DNA from: Gemmatales bacterium
Lineage (GTDB): Bacteria; Planctomycetota; Planctomycetia; Gemmatales; HRBIN36
DNA: 64,000 nucleotides
Direction: 5' to 3'
Assembly (NCBI GenBank): GCA_041640595.1
Contig: JBEPZY010000003.1
Location: 52,673-116,672 of the forward strand
A program made the translations under genes and the position numbers. Positions 19,556 through 29,089 of the stretch are shown piece after piece; the first letter of the stretch is position 1; each line of letters begins with the position of its first letter. A model generated the notes under the pieces. That model saw nothing but the letters and a program-made list of their open reading frames with translations. It searched no databases and was not told where the DNA came from.

Positions 19556-19916
19556 TCGCCTATCTAACTCTGTTTCCTGGACCTTACACCGGACAACTGT
19601 CCGCTCTTCGCCAGTACGGCCCGCGGTGATCACGTAGCTAACTCTGTTTCCTGGACCTTACACCGGACAACTCTCCGCCCTTCACCAGTACCGCCCACTG
19701 TGATCGCGTATCTAACTCTGTTTTTTGACCTTACACCGGACAACTGTTCGCCCTTCACCAGTACCGCCCACTGTGATCACGTATCTAACTCTCTTTCCTG
19801 GGCTTTACCCGGACGACAGTCCCCCCTTCACCAGTACCGCCCGCTGTGATCGCCTCCATCCGGCAATAAGTGATCGCCTCCATCCGACAACAAGTAATCG
19901 CCTCCATCCCGCAATA
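19523..19916. repeat. Four 73-74 bp tandem units derived from the rluD 3' end, then three 24-bp units
   Basis: GTGATC anchors at 19552, 19626, 19700, 19773, 19846; then GTRATCGCCTCCATCC at 19846, 19870, 19894. Confidence 0.9.
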
Positions 19917-20026
19917 GCCTTGCCCCCTGGCGTATCGGAGCTTCCCCTTCCGCCGGCGACAAGGTCATAGATGAAAGGGATGTCCCCGCCGATTTGGTAT
20001 TGGTCTTTAAAAGGGGATACTTACTG

Positions 20027-20668
20027 TTACGCTTGGCCAGATTGCAGTATGGGGATAAGTTCTTCGGCCAGCAAGACAGGGTATTCAACCACCAGTTCGA
20101 ATATCCTATCCTTGGTAACGATGCACAGGACCGTCCCTAATCTTAGCCAACCATACCACGTTTCTTTGTAGATCGTTTTCAGTGCGAGACTCCTGATGTC
20201 CTTCATACTAATTTGTCTTACCCTATGCAAAACGTCGCTCCACAGTGAGAGCGACGCTGAGTCTACAGCCAAGATAGAATCAGGGAACCGTGTCACCTGC
20301 TCCCGAATCTCTTGGGCGAAAACTCGACAGCTGATCAGCAAAGCCGCATTGACCCTATTCAACTTCAGTTGGGTTTGTCTGGCTCTCCAACGTATCCAAG
20401 CTCGTAGTAATTTACTCCCTGAAATAAAAGACCACAGGCACAAAACTTCGCTAAGGGTAATCGGGCAATTCCCAAAGATGATCTGAGCTGTTAGGTAAGC
20501 AAGCGGCAAAGACGCGAGGCAGATGAAGGTTCGCCGACAAGGGAAATCTAAATTGATAACAAGCCGCCTGATCGCCCTAGATTTGCACACATCCAAACTC
20601 GTGGGCGACGGCCTTGCCGGGTCTCTGTGCCAAAGTACTTTCAGTATTTGACTATGCATATCGGCCAC
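20027..20668 (-). CDS. Putative membrane immunity protein for the upstream RHS tip
   Basis: AT-richer ORF starting a few bp after the RHS-tip stop; two hydrophobic segments. Confidence 0.55.
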   Translation of the reverse strand: MADMHSQILKVLWHRDPARPSPTSLDVCKSRAIRRLVINLDFPCRRTFICLASLPLAYLTAQIIFGNCPITLSEVLCLWSFISGSKLLRAWIRWRARQTQLKLNRVNAALLISCRVFAQEIREQVTRFPDSILAVDSASLSLWSDVLHRVRQISMKDIRSLALKTIYKETWYGWLRLGTVLCIVTKDRIFELVVEYPVLLAEELIPILQSGQA

Positions 20669-20674
20669 TCACAC

Positions 20675-21450
20675 TTAGCGTTCCCAGAAGCCAGGCGGTG
20701 GAGCGAACGGCGTGAGAATCCACTTTAAATCGTAGACCAGCTCATAAGTCCATGGGTTAGTGTACCAGGCTGAAAAGCAGGCCACAACACCGCAAATAAA
20801 CGCAGCTGCCTTGATAAGACCGCTCCTGAATGCCACTACGAAGCCATCTTGGAAACTCGGTTGTCCCCAACCATAGTACGTACCAAGAAAAGTCCCTGCG
20901 AGTCCACCCCAGTATGCTCCTCCAAGAAGTACGCCAGCTGCCGTTGCGATCGAGACTGGTCCTGTCGCAATTACGACGATGACAAGAACAGTTCCCGCTC
21001 CAACTGTTCCCCAGAACACACCCTGCGATGCTCCGCCAGCAGCTCCGCCTACACCCCCAGCTATATTGCCCCACAAGTCGGCAAGTGCTTCGCCGATCGC
21101 CCAGTCACGCGGGTCCCAACTCCATTGCGCGGTCTTATCCCAGGGCCAGACCCAGTCTTGCCCGGTCGGATCCACCGCGTTGGTCGGCGAGTTGAACACA
21201 TACCGGTACAGGTTCCTGTCGCCGGCGGTGAACGAGAGCGGGTCCTCGCGGAGGAAGCGACCAGCTTGCGGATCGTACCAGCGGGCACGGTAGTAATACA
21301 GGTTCTGCCGGCACGCTAATAATACAGACTTAGTGCTGCGTCGAGTTCGCGGGCGGTGAACCTGAACCGATCGCCCGCCGCTGGATTCGTCTCATTCAAC
21401 ACGTTGCCGAAACTGTCATACGTGATTTCGTCTAACACTTCTAAGCCGTT
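20675..21450 (-). pseudogene. Orphan RHS core-end plus hydrophobic glycine-rich (pore-former-like) tip; core broken by a stop and frameshift
   Basis: EVLDEITYDSFGN...RELDAALSLYY* then, in another frame, YRARWYDPQAGRFLREDP...SPTNAVDPTG followed by GGVGGAAGG and GGLAG TM segments. Confidence 0.8.
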
Positions 21451-21875
21451 GCGGTAACTGCCGGGATGTGGCGGCCCAATGTCGGTAGCTACATCAAGGC
21501 TTGCCTGCAAGCCGTTGGCATGACCACCCGCATCAGGCAAGATCCGCTCAATACTTTCTTACACGTGGACCTTTAAATAACGGTGTTGCATCATAGGGGA
21601 AGCAATTCCAACCGAAGAATGTCTGTGGGAGGAAGCGTTACATACGATCAACCACCGTTCGATGCGTAGCGACCAAGTGTATAGATTCCCCTTCTCTTCT
21701 AAAAGCCCTCCGTATCCACTATAACTTATCATTTTGGTCTGCTCAAAGGGCGGGTGGCACATCGTTCGCTGTCAACTGAGATAATTTCCGAAATCTCGTC
21801 CTGGTGTCTCGATTGGCAAATCATAGTCTTAACGATTAAAGCGCAGTTACGAGGGCCAGACCATCTCTGGCCGAC

Positions 21876-22325
21876 TCACGTGCAGATGTTTATGTTCTTG
21901 CATAAAAGTTCACGCTCTTTGTCCGAAAGCCAGTCGCGGGTACCGACGACAACTCCAAGATTATGGTTTTCGTTGTGGAAAAAAAATAGATCGCCAAACG
22001 CTTCCTTGCCTAGAGGTAAGGCTTCGCGCGTCCTCCCGAACCAGATGCAAAGGAACGGATTTATGGTAACATATTCTAAACTAGCGACGGGAGGTCGCCC
22101 TCGCACAAGGGGATGATCCGCTGGTAAATGGATTTCCAACGCTTGGATGACGCCTGTTCTATCGGCGAGCCAGTCATAAAATACAACTTCTTCGTCTTCT
22201 GTTTTTCTGCGAAAGAATCGTTCCCCGTTAACTACGAAGTGATCGCCGGGTTGAGTATACAGCGAATGAACCGACAATGTCTGCTTAAGAACGAGCACTA
22301 GGAAATTCATCTTTCCTTGCTCCAA
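21876..22325 (-). CDS. Putative immunity protein
   Basis: AT-richer 149 aa ORF directly downstream of an RHS tip; start uncertain. Confidence 0.55.
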   Translation of the reverse strand: MEQGKMNFLVLVLKQTLSVHSLYTQPGDHFVVNGERFFRRKTEDEEVVFYDWLADRTGVIQALEIHLPADHPLVRGRPPVASLEYVTINPFLCIWFGRTREALPLGKEAFGDLFFFHNENHNLGVVVGTRDWLSDKERELLCKNINICT

Positions 22326-22386
22326 AAGCTTTAGTCCTTGGGCCTTAGCATGGGACTACGGCAAAAGGTTTGCGCAGTTGTTTCGG

Positions 22387-23052
22387 CTACGGGGCAATGC
22401 CCCATTCCGCAAGTTGCTGAAGAATCATCTGGATTCGCTGTCTTTGAACTGCTACACCGATACCAGTGTATCCAATTTCCTGGTACCGGGCGAGAGTTCT
22501 CTGGGCCACTTCTAGATACCATCGCAGAGCGGCGATGTTGGCCTCTGTCTTTGCTATTCTCTCTCCGCGGAAAAAAGCCCTCAGAACCGCCTGCTTCGTC
22601 ATGCCTTCGCCAGTGATAATTCCTCCCGATGGCGATATCCTGGTTGCAACAAAGGCAATCCCTTCGTGAACGCACCATACTCCCAAACCATATGCGGCAC
22701 CAACGAAAGTCCCGAAGACTGCACCTTCGGGGTCTATAACTGGACCAGCAAGAACAGGATCATTCGGCCCAGGAGCATTAGCCACGTTCGGTGTACCGAA
22801 AAAAGCAGCACCCACCGCAGCACCGATGAACACCACAATCACTATTGGTGGTAATTCGCCACTTGGATCTCGAAAGTTCACCGGCGAGTTGAACACATAG
22901 CGGTACAGGTTTGTGTCGCCGGCGGTGAACGAGAGCGGGTCTTCGCGCAGGAAGCGACCCGCTTGCGGATCGTACCAGCGGGCACGGTAGCTATATAGGT
23001 TCGGCCGACACGCCAATAATACATACTTAGTGCGGTGTCGAGTTCGCGGGCG
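22387..23052 (-). pseudogene. Orphan RHS core-end plus helical toxin tip
   Basis: ARELDTALSMYY, frameshift, YRARWYDPQAGRFLREDPLSFTAGDTNLYRYVFNSPVNFRDPSG then a unique C-terminus. Confidence 0.8.
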
Positions 23053-23086
23053 CTAATGGGAGGTTGCCACGTATTACGAACGTTGT

Positions 23087-24166
23087 TCAATCCTTTACCC
23101 ATCTCGTAAGGTCATAAATCCAGATCTCAGACGAGAACCCGCCAAACGGCGCGATCGCCAGCTCCCACCTAGAAGTTGCTGCGGTTGAATAAGGTAATAT
23201 CCTCTTAATGGCTAAAACATTTCCACTAGCAACATCTAGAATATAGCCTCGCCGGGTGCTGACTGACTGTACATAGAGGTACTGAGAGTCCCTGGTGAAT
23301 CTCGCACTAATGATATGTTCCCCCTGCAGTACTGCCTGCCATAACATTGCGCCTGACGATGCGTCGTAAATGTAAAGCTCGCTGAAGGTAGTGTAAAGTA
23401 AGTATCGGCCATCTGGGCTAATGCTGAGAAGAAAGCCAGGTCTTCGCTCAGGCATTTGAAGTTGACTGTGGTGAAGGACCTTTCCTGTGAACGCATCCAC
23501 TTTATATAAATCTGCCTTTTGCCCTGAGCTACCAATTAAAACCACACCATTCTCGAGAGGCTTAATCCACCAAAACTCGTGCGGCATCTTAGTTCGACTG
23601 ACAATTTGCTGTTTGCAGGGATCCCATATTTCGAGTTCCTTGTGCTTGCTATTCCATACGCAAAACGCCTGTTCTCCTACAAACCCTATCCAATCCCATC
23701 CCAATTCCGAGAAGGAAGGCGATTGGAAAATACATTTCCCCGAAGGCAACTCCCAGACCGATACCTTTCCGGCACCAAACGCTAACAATTTACCGCTCTG
23801 GGAAAATTGCAAGCGAGGGGTCAGGAGTTCGTCTAGGTGCCCCTGGTATTGTCTGTCGTCGTAGGCCCCTGCCGCTAACTCCAGGATCCGGGTGCCACTT
23901 GGCCACGCCCATACGTAGATCGAACCGTCTGTTTGCAGCGCCGCGATATAGTCGTCGTTCGGTGAGAAAGCAATAGATTCCACCCTGGGCACGGGATCCC
24001 ATAGGGAAAACTGTAGGCAAATTTTAGAATGAGGGCGTGCGCAGCCCCAAGGCCATAGAGCATTGATCGTTGCGAAAATGCTCACCACAATCAACAGGCA
24101 CAGTAGCAGTTTCTTTTTGCTGAACAAGCGCATATCTTTTACCTCTTTACTTTCTTTGTCCACCAC
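23087..24166 (-). CDS. Exported WD40 beta-propeller protein at the immunity position
   Basis: Signal/TM segment KKKLLLCLLIVVSIFATINA; SIAFSPND, FSQSGK, ISPDGRY, FTRDSQY WD40 motifs; overlaps the toxin stop. Confidence 0.8.
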   Translation of the reverse strand: MVDKESKEVKDMRLFSKKKLLLCLLIVVSIFATINALWPWGCARPHSKICLQFSLWDPVPRVESIAFSPNDDYIAALQTDGSIYVWAWPSGTRILELAAGAYDDRQYQGHLDELLTPRLQFSQSGKLLAFGAGKVSVWELPSGKCIFQSPSFSELGWDWIGFVGEQAFCVWNSKHKELEIWDPCKQQIVSRTKMPHEFWWIKPLENGVVLIGSSGQKADLYKVDAFTGKVLHHSQLQMPERRPGFLLSISPDGRYLLYTTFSELYIYDASSGAMLWQAVLQGEHIISARFTRDSQYLYVQSVSTRRGYILDVASGNVLAIKRILPYSTAATSRWELAIAPFGGFSSEIWIYDLTRWVKD

Positions 24167-24965
24167 ACTGGTTCACCGAAGGGATCTTCAATAATGCATT
24201 TTGGATTGCACTCAGATTCTATAAACAGATGGTCCAGTCCGCCATACCACCCATCATCCAGATAAATGCGAGTCCCGTCTCTGAGTTCTATTATCACTGC
24301 TGCATGTCCTATGCCGAAATACTCATGGACACGGTAATTTACTACCCAAAATATCGCACCAATGTATAAGTAGCCTTGCTTAGCTAGTTCGTCACAGACT
24401 TGCCATAGGTCCCTATCATGTTGAAATCTTTTCTGATATTCCTCCACCCATTCGTAGCATTTGCCAAACCAGCCCACTGGTTTAGACCACGCGAAATCAG
24501 CCTGGTCAGTCAATCGAATAAGTACATCAGCAATCAGCCGCTGCTTCTCCTGGGAAAGGTCTGCGTAGATACGTGGCACAAGCTCATCGCGGATCCAGCG
24601 ACGACGATTCTCTCGGATCTTTGATTCGCGGCAACATGGCGGCGGTAGCGGCGGCGGGGGAAAGGGACCAAGCGGCATATTCCCACCGCAGGCAAAGCCC
24701 GCAGGCCAGGCTGCGACAGAATATCCCTTGCAGTTACTGCATCGACAATCTCCGCCGCAAGCGCATTCGTGCTTGTGCTTACCATGGCGGGGTACAGATT
24801 GCAAGCCCGTCGGATCCACCGCACTCACCGGCGAGTTGAACACATAGCGGTACAGGTTCGTGTCGCCGGCGGTGAACGAGAGCGGGTCTTCGCGCAGGAA
24901 GCGACCGTGGTGGCGGCACAACTATAGTAAGACTAAGCAACTTAGTTGCGGATCGTACCAGCGGA
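24139..24965 (-). pseudogene. Orphan RHS core-end plus tip with candidate Cys-His-Asp (papain-like) triad
   Basis: RWYDPQ [insertion with stop] GRFLREDP...SPVSAVDPTG; tip motifs GKCYEW, GHAAV, YLDDGW. Confidence 0.75.
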
Positions 24966-25211
24966 CATGCCTAGTCGCGCAGGGTAGCAGCAAGCACAGG
25001 TGTAGCTATTGGTGCGGGAGCGATAGTGGCCCTAAATGGAGCATGGTTAAAACCAGCCCCACAGACCATGTTCTGACACCATACTCGATTCGATAGTGAC
25101 TGCAATGCGCTAAAGGGAGCTGCCGCGAATACAGATGGGCCATGTTTGCTCAGGGGCCGAAGGTCCCAAAATCGGTGTCCTGAACAGATTGGTCGCTTCC
25201 ACCGGCGACCT

Positions 25212-25481
25212 TCATTTAGCATCCTCCTCCACTACCGTCCAGCCGAACATTTCCCGAAAATCCTGAAAGCATTCCGGACAAATCCAATGGTAGCTATCCA
25301 GCGTACAGTATCCCTCTTGCAAGGTATCAGGATATGGCTCCTCCATGAATTTCGCCCAGCAGAGTTCGCAATGATCATGGTCCCAAGTCGGTTTGGGTCG
25401 TTTCCATCGCCTGTAAGCTAATACCGCTCCTTTGAGATATTCTTCCTGATTCGTCAAGCGAGGGTCATCACGGCTCGCCAT
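25212..25481 (-). CDS. Small Cys/His-rich putative immunity protein
   Basis: 89 aa; WDHDHCELC and HWICPEC zinc-binding-like motifs; AGGAG RBS; lies within the RHS island. Confidence 0.7.
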   Translation of the reverse strand: MASRDDPRLTNQEEYLKGAVLAYRRWKRPKPTWDHDHCELCWAKFMEEPYPDTLQEGYCTLDSYHWICPECFQDFREMFGWTVVEEDAK

Positions 25482-25546
25482 AAGACTATCTCCTAAATGT
25501 GTTATTTGATACGTCTAAATGCTTCATTTAGGCTTAATCCTTCGGC

Positions 25547-25810
25547 TTAATGGCGCCCGGATGTGGCAGCTCGATGGAGGCAGCTATATGAGTCTTCGAG
25601 ACATCTGTCATACATCATAGGTATTTCCGAGTCTAGGCACAAGCTGTCCTTGCCTCCCCAATTTCCATCGTCCAGGTAAATGCAGCGGCCTCCCCGGAGC
25701 ATGGCGTCGGTGGTGGTAAGATGGCGCAAAACGGATCTACTAATGCAGACGATGCGAACGCATGGCGAGGACCCGGGCTTTTTTGCCCGGCATCTTCCCA
25801 TGACATGTAT
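25547..25810 (-). pseudogene. Decayed paralogue of the 24139 toxin tip
   Basis: RGGRCIYLDDGNWGGKDSLCLDSEIP matches RDGTRIYLDDGWYGGLDHLFIESE. Confidence 0.55.
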
Positions 25811-25883
25811 AGATCTAATGTATTCTAATCTGTTTGGGGCAAAGGTAGTCAGCCGGAGCCTGTGGTACGATTGCACTTCGGCT

Positions 25884-26165
25884 TCACTGTAAACCTGCCT
25901 TGCGTAACTGCTTCTGAGGATCCCAACCCGGTGGCGCTGGAATGCCCTGGCCTCTCCAGGGACAACCAGCGGCAATCCATTCATTACGCCATTGTGCATA
26001 TATCTCTTGTCGTTTTCTAGGGTCTCCGAATGCCGCATCATCGTATCCAAATTGAATTCCACAGCATGGGCAGATTTCGAACGAGGGCGACTCACTTCGC
26101 CAAGGAGGAAATCCGAGATCGTAGCCGCAGACAGGGCATAGATGCGAGGTATTTATGGTGTCCAT
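25884..26165 (-). CDS. CPCC-type Cys-rich immunity protein
   Basis: CPVCG...EICPCCGIQFGYDD; overlaps the RHS stop codon. Confidence 0.8.
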   Translation of the reverse strand: MDTINTSHLCPVCGYDLGFPPWRSESPSFEICPCCGIQFGYDDAAFGDPRKRQEIYAQWRNEWIAAGCPWRGQGIPAPPGWDPQKQLRKAGLQ

Positions 26166-27763
26166 GGTGGTGCTCCACGTTGGGCGTTCCAGTAATCAAG
26201 ATTGGTTGGATAGCGGTGTTTCGCCGGATCCGGTTTGAAAAAGGTCTTCGTCGTGCCATCCGGATTATAGGCCCCGAATGTATTCGTTTCTGGGTCATAG
26301 ATCCGGATCACCCCAAACTCGTCCATTTTCATCGGGAGACCCCGATGGATGGCATCTTGGAAGAACTGCGATGCCTTCTGTGCATACTCTTCGGCAGTCC
26401 TAGCACCAAAATCCGCCCCATGTCGCCTGAAGTGATCCTCAAGAGTCGCTGGATTGCCCCACGATTCCGCGGCAGTTAAGCCTTGCCGAGCTGATTTGGG
26501 CGGTCTATTCGCGGGACTCGGCAGCCGTTTCTGTAGTAGCTTGCACGAGCCCCAGAAGACCAGCGCCCCCGCACCTGCCGAGCCAAGCCACTCGCCCAAT
26601 GGCTCCCAGTTTCCCCAATAGGCGTCTTCCAGACTCACATATAAGTCGGGTATGCCACCTAGAACTACGTTCAAAAACAACGATTCGTACATGTCGCGCC
26701 AATCGTCCAACTGGCCCGCACGCAACTTCTCCTCAAATGCTCGTCCCAAGTAGCTCCTAGTCTCGTATCCTGTTCCCAGGAAGATATCTATGCCCGTACC
26801 GACGAAATCCATGGGGACGAAAATCGCTTCGTGGAAGAACCCGGTGAAGCCGTTCCACAACCCTCGGCCAAAGCTCTTGACTTTATCCCACCACGATAGC
26901 CCGGTAGGATCAACATACACTACCGGCGAGTTGAACACATAGCGGTACAAATTCGTGTCGCCGGCGGTGAACGAGAGCGGGTCTTCGCGCAGGAAGCGAC
27001 CCGCTTGCGGGTCGTACCAGCGGGCACGGTAGTAATACAGACTTAGTGCGGCGTCGAGTTCGCGGCCGGTGAACTTGAAGCGGTCGCCCGATGTTGGATT
27101 CGTCTCACTCAACACGTTGCCGAAACTGTCATACGTGATTTCGTCTAACACTTCTAAGCCGTTGCCATAACCGCCCGCATCCCGCACGATCGCCCGCACC
27201 GAGCCGACATAGTCCGTCAGGTACCAGTCCGGGACACCCGTCACCGGGTCTAACCGTGCTAACACCTGGTCTATATCCGGCCCGTAAAGATAATAGTGCT
27301 GCACGTTCCCCTGGTCATCCAGGTCTATATAGGGATTGTCGCCATCGTAAAACGTCCAGGTGCGAACCGGCTGCTGTGGCCCATCGCCATCCGCATCTAC
27401 TTCCGTGGCAATCCGCCGGTCGAACACGTCATAGACATAGTGCGTGCGATAGACCACGTTCCCCTGGGCGTCCTTGACAACGATGTCGGTAACCCGGTTG
27501 CGATAATCGTACGTGAACTCGGTCGCCTGCCCATCGCTGATGCGGGTCTTGCGAATCAGGTTCCCCTCGGCGTCGTATTCGTAGCGATAGGTGCCGTCAC
27601 TGAGTAAGCGGTTTTCCGGGCCGATGGTATAGTAGGCTTCGCCGTTGGGCAGTGCCGGAGAAGCCGCGTACAGGCGGTTGCCGTTGGCATCATAACTATA
27701 AGTCTCCTGCCGCGCTCCGGAAACGCCAATCAACTGTCCGAGATTATCGTAACTGTACTGCAA
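26153..27763 (-). CDS. N-terminally truncated RHS protein with putative BECR/colicin D-like RNase tip
   Basis: YD repeats (YSYDANGNR, YEYDAEGN, YVYDVFDRR), core end YYYRARWYDP...DPTG; tip LEDHFRRHGADFG...TKTFFKP; in-frame stop 7 codons upstream of the start. Confidence 0.88.
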   Translation of the reverse strand: MQYSYDNLGQLIGVSGARQETYSYDANGNRLYAASPALPNGEAYYTIGPENRLLSDGTYRYEYDAEGNLIRKTRISDGQATEFTYDYRNRVTDIVVKDAQGNVVYRTHYVYDVFDRRIATEVDADGDGPQQPVRTWTFYDGDNPYIDLDDQGNVQHYYLYGPDIDQVLARLDPVTGVPDWYLTDYVGSVRAIVRDAGGYGNGLEVLDEITYDSFGNVLSETNPTSGDRFKFTGRELDAALSLYYYRARWYDPQAGRFLREDPLSFTAGDTNLYRYVFNSPVVYVDPTGLSWWDKVKSFGRGLWNGFTGFFHEAIFVPMDFVGTGIDIFLGTGYETRSYLGRAFEEKLRAGQLDDWRDMYESLFLNVVLGGIPDLYVSLEDAYWGNWEPLGEWLGSAGAGALVFWGSCKLLQKRLPSPANRPPKSARQGLTAAESWGNPATLEDHFRRHGADFGARTAEEYAQKASQFFQDAIHRGLPMKMDEFGVIRIYDPETNTFGAYNPDGTTKTFFKPDPAKHRYPTNLDYWNAQRGAPPWTP

Positions 27764-27864
27764 GGTGCCTTCCGGCCCAGCTCATTGAGCAATGCGGTTG
27801 GCCCACTGTGCTGGGCGATGCGGCTGGCAAGAGCGTAGTGCCAGCGGGACGCCAGGGCCGGTTG

Positions 27865-28401
27865 CTAATCGTTTTTGCATCGTTGACCTGGACGGCGGCG
27901 GAGGGTCCACCAGGAGGCCAGGGCGAGGGCGAAAATGGTGATCAGTCCCAGGCTGAGCTTGAGCCAGCGGAACCGTGTCTTTTCTTCATAAGTGGGCCCG
28001 GAACTGATGCGGATACTTTCTGCTTCCTGGCTCGGTGCTGGCGAGGCCAATTCGGTCTGTGCGCTGGTGGTCGAAGAATCGGGAGCAGGCGGAACGGTAA
28101 CGGTTTCCTCGTGAATATGGCCGGCCCCAGCGTTGACGCGGAGCAGATAACGTCCGGCAGGGGGTCGCGGGAGCCGACATCGCCCCTGCTGATCGGTGCG
28201 GCCTGTGGCGACCGGTTGTCGATCCGCCGAGCGAAGCAGCTCGACGCGGGCATGGCGGGCCATGCTTCCATCGTCGAAAAATGCGTGCACTTCCAGGTAT
28301 TGACCGGCCAGACGAACTTCCGCGCCGAGATCGTGAGCGGCTGCCACGCTCGTCAGCAGCCATCCGCCCAGGACGGCAAACCATGATGTGCAAGGTTTCA
28401 T
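27865..28401 (-). CDS. NikL/CbiL-like metal transport accessory protein
   Basis: Signal peptide ending AAA-HD, AFFDDGS, GRTDQQGRC, AGAGH and a C-terminal TM helix; divergent from nikR. Confidence 0.65.
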   Translation of the reverse strand: MKPCTSWFAVLGGWLLTSVAAAHDLGAEVRLAGQYLEVHAFFDDGSMARHARVELLRSADRQPVATGRTDQQGRCRLPRPPAGRYLLRVNAGAGHIHEETVTVPPAPDSSTTSAQTELASPAPSQEAESIRISSGPTYEEKTRFRWLKLSLGLITIFALALASWWTLRRRPGQRCKND

Positions 28402-28493
28402 CCACCGGCTCCTGCGTGTTTTCAGGATTCGTTCTGCATGCCGGCAAAGTTGTCGGCAGGCGACCCTTTGGGGAATTTCTTAGGGCGAAGCTG

Positions 28494-28521
28494 GTAATAC
28501 GTAAAGGTGCGTGCGTAACAC
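28494..28521. promoter_or_regulatory. Candidate NikR operator
   Basis: GTAATA-N16-TAACAC, the same 6-16-6 geometry as the E. coli NikR site GTATGA-N16-TCATAC, between the divergent nikL-like gene and nikR. Confidence 0.55.
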
Positions 28522-28624
28522 GATACTGGGCGGGAATTCTCCTTGTCGGCGGGTGGCAATCAGCTTAGCCATACACAGAGGAGAATTGTGCCGTACATCA
28601 CGCCACCATCCTGGGAGCGCATCT

Positions 28625-29083
28625 ATGTCGCAGGTCGTGCGGTTTTCGGTCTCGGTCGAACCGGAGCTATTGCGGGATTTTGACCACTACTGCGAGCTGC
28701 GGAAATATCCGACGCGGAGCGAGGCAGTCCGTCATCTCATCCGCGAGAAGTTGACGCAGGAAGCCTGGCAGGCCGACGAACAAGCGGTTACTGCCACGCT
28801 CACCCTGGTTTACGATCATCACCGCAGTCAGCTGGTGAGTCGGCTGCTGGAATTGCAACATGATCACGTGGAGCAGGTGATTTCGACGCTGCATGTCCAT
28901 CTGGATGCCCACCGCTGTCTGGAGGTGATAGTGCTGCGTGGGCGGGCACGCCAACTACGGAAAATGGCCGACCAACTGCAAACACTCAAGGGCGTTTATC
29001 AGGGGCATCTGGTCGTGGCAAGTGTCGTGGAAGAATCGGCTCACCCGCACGGCCATCACGCTCACCGCCACGCTCCGCACTAA
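28625..29083 (+). CDS. nikR: Nickel-responsive regulator NikR
   Basis: RHH N-terminus VRFSVSV...RSEAVRHLIR; YDHH and HVHLDAHRCLEV Ni-site motifs; His-rich tail; start set at MSQVV. Confidence 0.93.
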   Translation: MSQVVRFSVSVEPELLRDFDHYCELRKYPTRSEAVRHLIREKLTQEAWQADEQAVTATLTLVYDHHRSQLVSRLLELQHDHVEQVISTLHVHLDAHRCLEVIVLRGRARQLRKMADQLQTLKGVYQGHLVVASVVEESAHPHGHHAHRHAPH

Positions 29084-29089
29084 CGCCAA

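Noticed and set aside
21559..21762. Short AT-rich ORFs in the RHS island (also 24971-25222)
   Set aside because: No motif or RBS support; probably decayed module remnants
20027..27763. Prophage, ICE or T6SS locus
   Set aside because: No integrase, transposase, phage structural, VgrG or PAAR gene was recognised
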